Of a stretch of 64,000 bases of DNA, positions 20,386 to 30,557 are shown piece after piece. The position numbers were made by a program, and so were the translations under genes. A model generated the notes under the pieces. That model was not told the origin of the DNA. It saw only the letters and a program-made list of their open reading frames with translations, and did no database searches. The stretch is from Promethearchaeota archaeon (GTDB lineage Archaea; Asgardarchaeota; Lokiarchaeia; Sigyniarchaeales; SOKP01), in contig JAHPZI010000021.1 in NCBI GenBank assembly GCA_019058295.1, forward strand, positions 96,001 through 160,000, written 5' to 3'. Position 1 is the stretch's first letter. Each line of letters opens with the position of its first letter.

Positions 20386-21132
20386 TTATTGGGCATTATT
20401 ATTTTTAATAAAAATATTTTTAATATAATTGGGTAATGTAAAACCAACATAAAACAAAAATGCTGCGGCTAGGATGAATGAAACAATAATAACATCTGTA
20501 ATTTCGTTTGCATAATCTATTGCTACTTCTAAAGTGACACCTATTGTAAAAATAATAAAAGCAAGTAAGAGAATCTTACCTTTTAATTGAATCTCTTTAT
20601 TATTTGACCGAAGACTTGCTCTTACAAATAAGAATCCTGTAATTATAAACATTCCAATCGAGAAAAATAAATAAAGATCTACGAATAATGACCAATTCGA
20701 GGAAAATGCTGATACGCGAATAGCAATTAAGTCAGGATTTTTCATTAATAAAGTAAATAAAATAATTTCATAAATTATCGCTTCGATTGTAAAAAGTGTT
20801 ACTACAATTTTTTTCTTTTTTCTATACAGAAAATTCATAATAGCATACATCCATGTGAAATGAGCTGGGGGAACGAAAACAATCCCCATAGTAATGTACA
20901 ATAAGGGATCTAATTCTTTACCTGTTGTCATAATTAAAATAAAGGTGATCGCATCTGGCCAATAAGGACTGACTAAAAAAATCCACGTTAAACCAACTAG
21001 TATTAATTCAATTTGCTTATATTTAAAATATCTAAGAATAATAATTATTCCTAAAATGAAAGATATAATAACAAATATTAGAGTAAAAGCACCTTGTAAG
21101 GTTTGTAATGGGGAAAGTGTCACTTGCAGCAT
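20386..21132 (-). CDS. Multi-pass (about 7 TM) membrane protein of unknown function
   Basis: Alternating hydrophobic helices; S..S...EIQLKGK motif. Confidence 0.65.
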   Translation of the reverse strand: MLQVTLSPLQTLQGAFTLIFVIISFILGIIIILRYFKYKQIELILVGLTWIFLVSPYWPDAITFILIMTTGKELDPLLYITMGIVFVPPAHFTWMYAIMNFLYRKKKKIVVTLFTIEAIIYEIILFTLLMKNPDLIAIRVSAFSSNWSLFVDLYLFFSIGMFIITGFLFVRASLRSNNKEIQLKGKILLLAFIIFTIGVTLEVAIDYANEITDVIIVSFILAAAFLFYVGFTLPNYIKNIFIKNNNAQ

Positions 21133-21304
21133 TTATATTACTTCCTATATTCTTATACTTTCTTAAATTATTTTCATTATAGAGTTATCTTATTTAAATA
21201 TTTTTTTAAAAAACAAATCAGAATAACGATATTGAAAAATTAAATAAATTTTTATTCAAACATCGATTATTTATAGAATTAAATAAAAATTAGGTGAAAT
21301 TATA

Positions 21305-21802
21305 ATTAAAGTCTTAGTTACTTATTTTTCTCAAACGGGAAATACTAAAAAGATTGCTGAAGCGATATTTGAGGAAATTCAAACAGAAAAAGAAATTAAA
21401 CCGCTTAAGGAAGTCGATGATCTTGAGGGATACGACTTTTCTTTTATTGGATTTCCTATACATTCAGGTGGACCAACCAAAAGGGCAGCAGATTTTATTA
21501 AAAAAAATGCTATCGATAAGAAAATAGCTCTGTTCGTCACCCATGCAATGCCAGCGGATTATGATATGCTTCCGGGTTTATTAAATAGATGCGAAAAATC
21601 TGCAAGAAAAGCAGACCTAAAGGGATTTTTTGACTGTCAAGGGGAGCTCGCTGAAAAAGTAGCTCAAATGTTGTTAAAAAGTGGAAATCCTCAATTGGAA
21701 TTATTTGGGAAAATGCGTGATGTGACTGTTGGTCATCCAAATGCGGATGAAATTGAGAGTGCTCGTAATTTTGCTAAAGAAACAATAGAAAAGTTTAAGT
21801 AA
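21305..21802 (+). CDS. Flavodoxin-like protein; ORF extends 81 codons upstream of the track start and apparently begins at ATT
   Basis: IKVLVTYFSQTGNTKKIAEAI FMN-binding loop is in frame with 21548-21802; AGGTGA at 21292-21297; in-frame stop at 21284. Confidence 0.85.
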   Translation: MKVLVTYFSQTGNTKKIAEAIFEEIQTEKEIKPLKEVDDLEGYDFSFIGFPIHSGGPTKRAADFIKKNAIDKKIALFVTHAMPADYDMLPGLLNRCEKSARKADLKGFFDCQGELAEKVAQMLLKSGNPQLELFGKMRDVTVGHPNADEIESARNFAKETIEKFK

Positions 21803-21822
21803 TTAAAAAAGGAGATTTTTTT

Positions 21823-23289
21823 TTAGTCATTTCTGGTCAATTCTTTAGTTACTGGAGTGCACCCAAGTCGATCTTTAAATTGGCGCATAAAATCCATATC
21901 AATTGGCTCACGAGCATCCTCCCAGCAGAGCTTTAATAGCTCTTTTGCCTTTTCTGGAGCTTCTGAAATGATATTTTTATTCAATTTAGGATCCTTATTT
22001 ACATCAAATAAACTGCCTTCTTCTATATCCCATATATACCCATTATACCAGAAATCATTATTATATACTGCTACGGAGCCTCCCCAAGCTATGGTAACAT
22101 GATCATAGTAACTCACCGTATCATCTTTAACTAAAGACAATAAATCCTTCCCATCCATATTTTTTGAAGGAATTTTACATGCATTACATATTGTTGCTGC
22201 TATATCGAAATGGTAGCAGAATTTATCGCAGGTCTTACCAGCAAATTCACCTCCTGGGAATCGAATCATAGCGACAAGGTCGGCCACTTCTCGCCCTAAA
22301 GGATTAGCGGCTTTTGCAATTAGACCATGCTCTCCTAACATATGGCCATGATCCGAAACCACCACAATGATAGAATTATCCCAAATACCAATTCGCTTAA
22401 TATAGTCAATAAAATATCCAAACCAAGTATCCATAAGCGAAACTTCTGCGGCATAACGCGTTTTTAAGTTTTTGAGCTCTTGTTCGGAGAGAATACTTGC
22501 TGGGCCATATAACGAATGAGTAATTCTTTGACATCCCTTTTCCCAATCTGGATCTTCTTCATACATTCGAATGTAATGAAGAGGAGGATTCCAAGGTTCA
22601 TGTGGATCGAACGATTCCACAGTCATAAATCCTTTACCGTTTATTAGAGCATCATAGTTTATATCTAACCATTCTCCAGCTTTGCGAAATACTTGGGCAG
22701 GAAACGTATCAGTTTCAGAGCGCCACCAGCGCGTATTTTTTAAAAATTGTTCCATCATGAATTTTGCAAAAACGGTTCCTGAGGTAGTTCCTTGCTGTTT
22801 GGAAGTAAGATATTTTTGGAGATCTTCGTTAGAAATTTCTGGACCAGAAAGAAAGGCATCTTCTTCTTGTCCACGGATCCATTCCCATTGAGTAAATCCA
22901 CGTTGAAAATTATATCCAGGTTTAAATTGATGATATACATCAGAAAACAATGCAGAAATATATTTTTTTCGTTGAAACCGTTCTGCCAGAGTATCATACG
23001 ATTCTGAAATGTTGCCCCAACCAGGTGCACCGAGAGCATCACCGATAAAGTCTCCCTTCCCAGATTTAGTCTCTCCTAGCTTATCCTCTGTAAAAGGAAA
23101 GACCCGCTTCCCAGTATAGATGGCTTTTCGCACGGGAAGCGTTGGGAGGGAATCAGGATACATTTTTGTAAATTTCACAGATTCCTGAGCAAAATTATCA
23201 AGATGAGGTGTTTTTATCCAATTATTTCCATAACATCCTAAATGATCTTGTCTCAATGTATCAAGGATAATTAATATTGCATTTACCAT
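21823..23289 (-). CDS. Sulfatase / alkaline phosphatase superfamily hydrolase
   Basis: DTLRQDHLGCYG, TLPVR..IYTG, FDPHEPW, SDHG. Confidence 0.88.
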   Translation of the reverse strand: MVNAILIILDTLRQDHLGCYGNNWIKTPHLDNFAQESVKFTKMYPDSLPTLPVRKAIYTGKRVFPFTEDKLGETKSGKGDFIGDALGAPGWGNISESYDTLAERFQRKKYISALFSDVYHQFKPGYNFQRGFTQWEWIRGQEEDAFLSGPEISNEDLQKYLTSKQQGTTSGTVFAKFMMEQFLKNTRWWRSETDTFPAQVFRKAGEWLDINYDALINGKGFMTVESFDPHEPWNPPLHYIRMYEEDPDWEKGCQRITHSLYGPASILSEQELKNLKTRYAAEVSLMDTWFGYFIDYIKRIGIWDNSIIVVVSDHGHMLGEHGLIAKAANPLGREVADLVAMIRFPGGEFAGKTCDKFCYHFDIAATICNACKIPSKNMDGKDLLSLVKDDTVSYYDHVTIAWGGSVAVYNNDFWYNGYIWDIEEGSLFDVNKDPKLNKNIISEAPEKAKELLKLCWEDAREPIDMDFMRQFKDRLGCTPVTKELTRND

Positions 23290-23431
23290 TAAAATTCATC
23301 AGATTTTTTTAATTGTTATAAAATTATTTACACATCTGTTTAATTAGAAATTTTATTGCTAATATGTGAATATTCCAATGTAGCATCAAAATTAATTATT
23401 TGTATTATAAATTATATCTTTTAAAGACTTA

Positions 23432-24904
23432 GTGATTAATATGGATAAAAAAAAGCTAGAGGAAGAATTAGAAGAGTTCAAGGAAGAGCCCCTTACTCCA
23501 AAAGTAAAGATCATTGCAGGAGGGATGAGTGCTTCAATTCACCTTTTAATGGCCCTCTCTATGACTCCTATAACTTATTATTATAATGTAATACTTGGAT
23601 TAAATTCTGTATTAATAGCCTATGCCTGGTTACTTTTTGCAATTTGGAATGCTCTAAACGATCCACTTTTTGCTATTTTCCAAGAGCGTTATATCTCAAA
23701 GAAATATGGCCGTAGAATTCCTTATTTAAGATTTGGCGCTCCCTTTTTAGGGTTATTTTTTATTCTATTATGGATGCCTTTTTTAATAGTGGATGTAAAT
23801 CAGGAGATGGTTCTCTTCTTGTATTTTCTAATAAACCTTCTTGCTCTCGATACGATGTATACCTTGATATCGGCAGCAAATTTTGCTCTACATTATGAGA
23901 TCACATTTACACAGAAAGAGAGGACTAATCTGGCAATCTATAATAACTTTATTACTGCAATAGCTACTGGAATAATTATAGCTAGTCCATTGATTTTTCT
24001 TTATAATAAAGACGATGGTGTTAATCCCTTACTATATCCTGCATTTAGCTTATTAGGCCTAGTATGTATTTTCCTTATTATCTTAGGGAGCTATACTCTT
24101 AAGGAAAAACCCTATTTAAAATATGAAGTCCCTTTAGGTTTTATTGAAGGCATAAAAACTTGCTTTAAAAATAAACCCTGGTTGATTTCTCAAGGGGTAG
24201 GTTTCTTTGGTGCAATCACTGGCACAATTTTTCTAACAGGAATTCTTTACTATATCTTAATTGTTCTTTCACCCCCATTCTATTTAGTTATAATTTGTTT
24301 AGTTACGGTATTCGTATCATTTATCATATTCGTCATATTTTTAAATAAATTGTTAGATACGTTTGGAATAAAATATGCATATTTGCTATGTGTTGTTATT
24401 GGTACAATAGGTTTTATTTTGCTATTTTTTATTGGATGGAATACATTTCCTGGTTGGAACATTTATTACGCCTTAATACCGCTAATTTGTGTGACTATAG
24501 GATTTGGAACTCTTAGCATTCTAGGTACTACTTTTAACGGTGAAAATATTGATTATGATGAAAAACTGACCGGAAAACGCCGAGAGGTAACTTATGGGGG
24601 TGTAGGGGCTCTTTTTGGTAAGCCAGCCATCTCAATAGCTAATGCGATCTTTCTATTTATTATTTCTTTCTATAATTTTGATCCAGATGCTGGATCTAAT
24701 CAATCCGCTGATGCTATTCTTGGTTTAATGATTGCCTTTGCTTTAATTCCAGGAATTTGTTTAGCAATTTCAGGAATATTTCTGTTATTTTGGCCTCTAC
24801 ATGGTCCAGAATGGGATAAAATAAAAGAAGAATTAAAGGAAATTCACTTAATAAAGGAGATCGAGTTCCTTAAAGGTTTAAGAGAAAAAGGGGTAATTGA
24901 CTAA
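23432..24904 (+). CDS. MFS transporter, glycoside-pentoside-hexuronide (MelB-like)
   Basis: WNALNDP, YGRRIPY, IDYDE..TGKRRE. Confidence 0.88.
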   Translation: MINMDKKKLEEELEEFKEEPLTPKVKIIAGGMSASIHLLMALSMTPITYYYNVILGLNSVLIAYAWLLFAIWNALNDPLFAIFQERYISKKYGRRIPYLRFGAPFLGLFFILLWMPFLIVDVNQEMVLFLYFLINLLALDTMYTLISAANFALHYEITFTQKERTNLAIYNNFITAIATGIIIASPLIFLYNKDDGVNPLLYPAFSLLGLVCIFLIILGSYTLKEKPYLKYEVPLGFIEGIKTCFKNKPWLISQGVGFFGAITGTIFLTGILYYILIVLSPPFYLVIICLVTVFVSFIIFVIFLNKLLDTFGIKYAYLLCVVIGTIGFILLFFIGWNTFPGWNIYYALIPLICVTIGFGTLSILGTTFNGENIDYDEKLTGKRREVTYGGVGALFGKPAISIANAIFLFIISFYNFDPDAGSNQSADAILGLMIAFALIPGICLAISGIFLLFWPLHGPEWDKIKEELKEIHLIKEIEFLKGLREKGVID

Positions 24905-24919
24905 TAAATAGACTTCAAA

Positions 24920-25135
24920 CTACTCTCTCCATTCTTCTTCGTCAAAAACGACGGCTTTAAACTTGATTTTATCGTCAGAGACATCTACAATAGTGAAGGG
25001 AGACCCACAATCCTGACATTCAATAACATCGTCTACTTCTGGATCTTCTATCAGATTTTCAAAGTAGCATTCGGAACATTCCAATTTAAACTTACCACCT
25101 TCTTTTTCTGTAGACTCATAAATTTTTTCAGCCAT
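24920..25135 (-). CDS. lysW: LysW-like amino-group carrier protein
   Basis: CSEC...CQDCG zinc ribbon, acidic, C-terminal EEEWRE (canonical EDWGE); GGTGA RBS before the ATG at 25135. Confidence 0.75.
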   Translation of the reverse strand: MAEKIYESTEKEGGKFKLECSECYFENLIEDPEVDDVIECQDCGSPFTIVDVSDDKIKFKAVVFDEEEWRE

Positions 25136-25511
25136 ATATATCACCGTTATTAATTATAATAATAAGTTAAATTTTAGATACTATTTTTATTTTTTGGCGT
25201 AAATTAAAATTAATCAGTTATAATGGTACAATTCTCATAATTAAGTTCTTATGAAATTGGATTCTTATAGTAAGAATTTATAACTTTGTTTTTAGAAAGA
25301 AAAATCTCATTAATTTTTAATACAAGACAAATTATCCCTTTTTTGAGGAGTTTATTGTAAAATGAGGCTAATTATCTTTCAAAAAACAAAAGATTAAAAA
25401 CTACTTTTTTTATTATTCCTATTGCAAATTCGGATAAATTAGAAAAAAAAAATTTTTTATTTCTTTTATTGTCTAATTTAATGAAAAAAGGGGTAAGTTA
25501 GGGGTATAATT

Positions 25512-28500
25512 ATGATTGATCCTAATAATATTGAAGAACTATTAGAATATTCTGAAGAAAAATATAGAGCTCTTTTCGACAATGCTCCATTTGCCATTGG
25601 AATTGTAGATATGGAGGGAAGAATTGTTGATATCAATTATTACCATGAAAGTAATGGAGGATTTGAAAAGAAAGATTTAATTGGTAAAAAATTCATTGAG
25701 ACTGGAGTAATACCAAAGAATTATGAAAAAGTTTTTATAGATGTTTTTAAAGAATTAGTTAAGGGAAATACTCCAGAACCAAAAGAAGTTCAAATTTATA
25801 ATAAAAAGGGAGATTTAATCTGGGTTAAAATACAATGCTCCTTCATAAAACTAGGAAAAGAAAAATTAATTCAAGTTATAACCCAAGATATTACTGAAAA
25901 AAAAAAAACAGAACAGAAATTAAAAGAATCAAAATTCCGTTATATTAATTTTATAGAAAATTTTCATGGGATTGCGTTTCAAGGATATCAAGACTTTTCA
26001 ATAGGATTTTTTCATGGAGCTATCGAGGAAATAACCGGATATGCTAAAAATGCATTCTTGTTAGGAAAAATTAAATGGGATCAAATTATCCATCCTGATG
26101 ATTTAACACAATACAAAAATAATATAAAACAATTTCATTCATCGTCTAAGACGTCAAATAGTCGAGAATACCGGATTATCCGAAAAAATGGAGATTTACG
26201 ATGGGTAACAGAAACAATTCAAAAATTTTACGATGATAAAACCAATATGGAAGGTGTTCGTGGTACTATTATAGATATTACTGAGAGAATGAACTCAGAA
26301 AAAAAACTCAAAGAATCTGAAGAAAGATATCGATTAATTACAGAAAATATAACTGATATGGTAGCCATTATTACCGGGGATTTCGTAATAGAACATATTA
26401 ACGAATCAATACATAAAAAATATTTAGGTTATTCAAAGGATGATTTATTAGGCAAAAAATCCTTAGATCTAATACATCCAGATGATCTCAAAAATATTTT
26501 GCATTTGTACAAAAAAGAGTTGGAGGTTGGTGAAGGTAGAGCAGAACTTAGATATAAAAAGAAAAATGGGGATTATATATGGCTGGAGATACAAGGAAAG
26601 AAATTTATCGATATTGATGGAAACGAAAAATTCCTTGCAGTTTCAAGAGATATTTCTGAAAAAAAAACAATGGAACAATCTTTAAAAAAATCTCAAGATG
26701 AAAAATTATTTATTTTAAATAATATTCCGGCGCTAATTGCGTTTCAAGATAGAGAACATAATATTTTATATGCAAATAAAGCTGCTGGAGATTCTGTTAA
26801 TAAATCCGCTGAAGAGTTATTAGGGAGAAAATGCTATGAGATTTGGAATATAAGGAGAGAACCATGTGAAAATTGTCCTGTACATGCTACCTTGATATCA
26901 GGGAAGGGTGAGTTAAAAGAAATGACAACACCCGATGGAAGAATATGGCAAATAAGAGGCTTTCCCGTTAAAGATGATAATGAAAATATAATTGGAGCTA
27001 TTGAAGTGACAGCCGAAATTACCAAGCGCAAAAAAGCAGAACAAAGATTAAAAGAATCTGAAATAAAATATAAAAATCTTTTTGACAATTTTCCGATTGG
27101 TATATTCTTATTTGATGACTCTGGAAATTTACTTGAGGGAAATACAAAGGTATATAACTCATTCTCAGGATATCCTCCTGATCAAAGTATTGGAAAGAGT
27201 TTCTTAGAGATAATATCCTTATTTAAGAATTCTGATGAATTATCAAAGATATTTAAGAATAGAGCAATGGAAAGAGCCAATGGAAAGGAACTGAAACCTA
27301 TTGAACTGAAATTAGTAAGACAAGATGGAAAAGAATTATGGATATATTGGCATAGTATAGTTTTAAAACTTAAAAACAAATCTATAATTCAAGCAGTAGT
27401 TCAAGACATCACTGAGCGTAAGAAATTTGATCAAATGTTAAGAGAATCTGAGGAAAAATTTCGGACTTTATATGAAAATATAGCAGGAGGTACGTTAATT
27501 ATTAGTGATGACTATATTATTAGAGATGTGAATGAGAGAACTTGTGAAATTACTGGATATAAAAAGGAAGAGCTAATTGGAAAGCTATGTGATATAGTAT
27601 GTCCGAAAGGTTCAGCGTCCAAATCTTGTCCTATTTGGGAAGGTGAAAAAGAAGGATTTAAAGGTATGGACACAGCAATCAAATGTAAAGATGGAAGAAA
27701 AAATCCAATTTTGAAAAATGCAAAAAGAATTCTATTTGAAGGAAAAATACATATCCTCGAGAATTTTCAAGATATAAGTGAAAGGAAAAATGCAGAAATC
27801 AAATTAAAAGAATCTGAAGAAAAATATAGAAGTTTATATGAAAACTCTATAAATGCGATTATTTTACTTGATTTTAATGGAAAAATTATTGATTGCAATT
27901 CAGCCACTGAGAAAATATGTGGCTATACTAAGGATGATATAATTGGTCAAAACTACTTAAAATTACCGTTTTATCCAAAAAGTATGATTAAAGTGTTAAA
28001 AGAGAGATTTCAAGCAATATCAAAAGAGTTAGATTTAAAATCACAAGAATTACAAATTAAAAGAAAAGATGGGAATTTCGCATGGGTTAAAACTAAGATA
28101 TCTTACATAAAAATAGGAAATCAAAATTATTTACAAGTATTAGTTCAAGATATAACTGAACAGAAAAATGCTGAAGAAAAATTAAGAGAATCTGAAAAAA
28201 AATATCGCAAGATTTTTGAATCTATTCCTGATCTATTCTTTTTAGTCTCAAATGATAGTACAATATTAGATTATAACGCTAGTAGTGAAATTGATTTTTA
28301 TGTACCACCAGAGAAATTTATGAATGTTAAATTGATAGATTTTTTTTCTCAAGAAATTAGAGAAAAAACTCTTGTAAAAATAAATGACGTCCTTGAATTA
28401 AAAAAACCACAAATCTTAGAATATTCCATACCTATTAATGATAAAACACGATTTTTTGAAGCCAGATTTCTATTCTTTTCTAAAAACAAAATCTTAATAT

Positions 28501-30527
28501 TCATTAGAGACATCACAGATAAGAAGGAATCGGAAAAAGGAATATTAGAACATGCCAAAAAATTAGAAATATTAAATCAAATTATAATAGCCGGAAACAA
28601 AACAGAAGATTTAACATCATTATTAGAAGATATTTTAACTCAAACCCTCAAATTATTAAATTTTAGTGGTGGAGGTATATATCTTGTTAATAAAACAAAA
28701 AAAATTGCTGAATTGGTATGCTATAAGAATCTTCCTATAGATTTCATTGAATTTGTAAGATTAAGAAAGATTGATCAAGAACCAAATAAAACTATTTTTA
28801 TTAAAGGTGAACCAATTTTTAGTGAAAATTATCAAATAATTGAACCCTTAATTGTTAAAAAGTGGGGTCTTTTATCTATTGTTAGTATTCCTTTATTTTC
28901 AAAGGATGAAATTATTGGAGCTTTGAATATTGCTTCAAAAACTCGTCATAAATTTACATTTCAAGAAAAAGATATACTTATTTCTATTGGACGAGAAATT
29001 GGAACTGTAATTTCTAAAATTAAAGCTGAAGAGACAATAAAAGAAGGGGAAAAATTTCTTTCAAATATTTTTACTAGTATTCAAGATGGAATGTGCATTT
29101 TAGATAAAGATTATAATATCATTCAGACAAATCCTACAATGGAAAAGTGGTATTCTCATAAAAAACCACTTACCAATTTAAAATGCTATCAATTATTTCA
29201 TGATAAAAATGAACCATGTGAGGATTGTGGTTGTTATCATGTAATTGAAACAGGAGAGTCTTGTATTAAATATATTCCCCGATTAGGACCTAAAGGAAAT
29301 ATTTTGGGGACATTAGAGATCTACACTTTCGCATTCTATAATCAAGAAACGGGTAAAATTTCAGGAATAATTGAATATATTCGTGATATTACAAATCAAT
29401 ATAAAACTGAAGAAAAATTAAAGCAGTCTGAAGAAAAATCTCGAGGAATATTAGAAAACATAAAAGAAGGCTATTTTGAAATTGATTTGCAGGGGAATTT
29501 TACTTTTTATAATGATGCGCTACATCAAATTCTTGGATATTCTGAAAAAGAATTGGGGGGTGTGAATCTAAATAGAATAGTAGATAATCAAACGAATAGA
29601 GAATTAAGACAATTTTTCTATAATATCTTCCAAACAGAAATTCCTCAAACTAGTTTTCAATTTGAAATTAGAAAGGGAATTATGGAAAAAAAAGTCCTAG
29701 AAACTTCCGGTTATCTAAGATATGATACAAATAAAAATAAAATTGGATTTTGTGGATTGGTTCGAGATATTACGGAAGCAAAGAAAGTTGAGTATATGGT
29801 TAAAGAGGAGATCAGAAAACTTAAAGAACTAGATTTATTAAAGGATGAATTTATGTTCAGAGCATCTCATGAATTAAAGACCCCTTTAAATCTTGTATGT
29901 AGTGCTTCATCTCGGCTTTTAGAGTCATATAAAGATAAATTAACTTCAAAAGAAAAGCAATTGGTAGAAGTTATAAATAAAGGGGGTGAGCGATTAGAAA
30001 AATTGATTAAAGCTTTACTAGATTTATCTCAAATTGAAACAGGGAAATTGGAATTGGATAAACATAATGAAAACATTTCAAAAATATTAGAAGGCTGCAT
30101 TAATGATACCTATTATTTAATTATAGAACGTGATTTAAACTTAAAAATGGATATTCAAAAAGAAATTTTTACTAAGGTAGATAAAATTAGATTTGAACAG
30201 GTTATATTTAATTTAATATCAAACGCAATAAAATATACACCTCCAAAAGGAACATTATCAGTAAATTTAAAAATTCAAAACGGATTTATCAAAATTGAGA
30301 TAAAAGATAATGGTGTTGGATTCACTGGTGATGAAATAAAGAAGATTTTTACAAAATTTGGTAAAATTGAAAGATATGGAAAAGGGATGGACATAGATTC
30401 TGAGGGATCTGGACTTGGATTATATCTATCTAAAAAAATTGTTGATGCTCATAATGGTGTGATTTGGGTTGAGTCAGAAGGCAGAAATAGAGGGTCTTCC
30501 TTTATTATCAAATTACCAATTAATTAA
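25512..30527 (+). CDS. Soluble sensor histidine kinase: about 10 PAS + GAF + HisKA + HATPase
   Basis: Repeated DITE..K..E.KLKESE linkers; SHELKTPL; NLISNAIKY, DNGVG, GSGLGL; no TM segment seen. Confidence 0.93.
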   Translation: MIDPNNIEELLEYSEEKYRALFDNAPFAIGIVDMEGRIVDINYYHESNGGFEKKDLIGKKFIETGVIPKNYEKVFIDVFKELVKGNTPEPKEVQIYNKKGDLIWVKIQCSFIKLGKEKLIQVITQDITEKKKTEQKLKESKFRYINFIENFHGIAFQGYQDFSIGFFHGAIEEITGYAKNAFLLGKIKWDQIIHPDDLTQYKNNIKQFHSSSKTSNSREYRIIRKNGDLRWVTETIQKFYDDKTNMEGVRGTIIDITERMNSEKKLKESEERYRLITENITDMVAIITGDFVIEHINESIHKKYLGYSKDDLLGKKSLDLIHPDDLKNILHLYKKELEVGEGRAELRYKKKNGDYIWLEIQGKKFIDIDGNEKFLAVSRDISEKKTMEQSLKKSQDEKLFILNNIPALIAFQDREHNILYANKAAGDSVNKSAEELLGRKCYEIWNIRREPCENCPVHATLISGKGELKEMTTPDGRIWQIRGFPVKDDNENIIGAIEVTAEITKRKKAEQRLKESEIKYKNLFDNFPIGIFLFDDSGNLLEGNTKVYNSFSGYPPDQSIGKSFLEIISLFKNSDELSKIFKNRAMERANGKELKPIELKLVRQDGKELWIYWHSIVLKLKNKSIIQAVVQDITERKKFDQMLRESEEKFRTLYENIAGGTLIISDDYIIRDVNERTCEITGYKKEELIGKLCDIVCPKGSASKSCPIWEGEKEGFKGMDTAIKCKDGRKNPILKNAKRILFEGKIHILENFQDISERKNAEIKLKESEEKYRSLYENSINAIILLDFNGKIIDCNSATEKICGYTKDDIIGQNYLKLPFYPKSMIKVLKERFQAISKELDLKSQELQIKRKDGNFAWVKTKISYIKIGNQNYLQVLVQDITEQKNAEEKLRESEKKYRKIFESIPDLFFLVSNDSTILDYNASSEIDFYVPPEKFMNVKLIDFFSQEIREKTLVKINDVLELKKPQILEYSIPINDKTRFFEARFLFFSKNKILIFIRDITDKKESEKGILEHAKKLEILNQIIIAGNKTEDLTSLLEDILTQTLKLLNFSGGGIYLVNKTKKIAELVCYKNLPIDFIEFVRLRKIDQEPNKTIFIKGEPIFSENYQIIEPLIVKKWGLLSIVSIPLFSKDEIIGALNIASKTRHKFTFQEKDILISIGREIGTVISKIKAEETIKEGEKFLSNIFTSIQDGMCILDKDYNIIQTNPTMEKWYSHKKPLTNLKCYQLFHDKNEPCEDCGCYHVIETGESCIKYIPRLGPKGNILGTLEIYTFAFYNQETGKISGIIEYIRDITNQYKTEEKLKQSEEKSRGILENIKEGYFEIDLQGNFTFYNDALHQILGYSEKELGGVNLNRIVDNQTNRELRQFFYNIFQTEIPQTSFQFEIRKGIMEKKVLETSGYLRYDTNKNKIGFCGLVRDITEAKKVEYMVKEEIRKLKELDLLKDEFMFRASHELKTPLNLVCSASSRLLESYKDKLTSKEKQLVEVINKGGERLEKLIKALLDLSQIETGKLELDKHNENISKILEGCINDTYYLIIERDLNLKMDIQKEIFTKVDKIRFEQVIFNLISNAIKYTPPKGTLSVNLKIQNGFIKIEIKDNGVGFTGDEIKKIFTKFGKIERYGKGMDIDSEGSGLGLYLSKKIVDAHNGVIWVESEGRNRGSSFIIKLPIN

Positions 30528-30557
30528 TTTCAAAGAGCTATTAAAATAAAAATAGGT

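Noticed and set aside
21211-21240. KQIRITILKN-encoding stretch similar to [10 protein letters not shown]
   Set aside because: Very AT-rich and short; needs a profile search to be supported.
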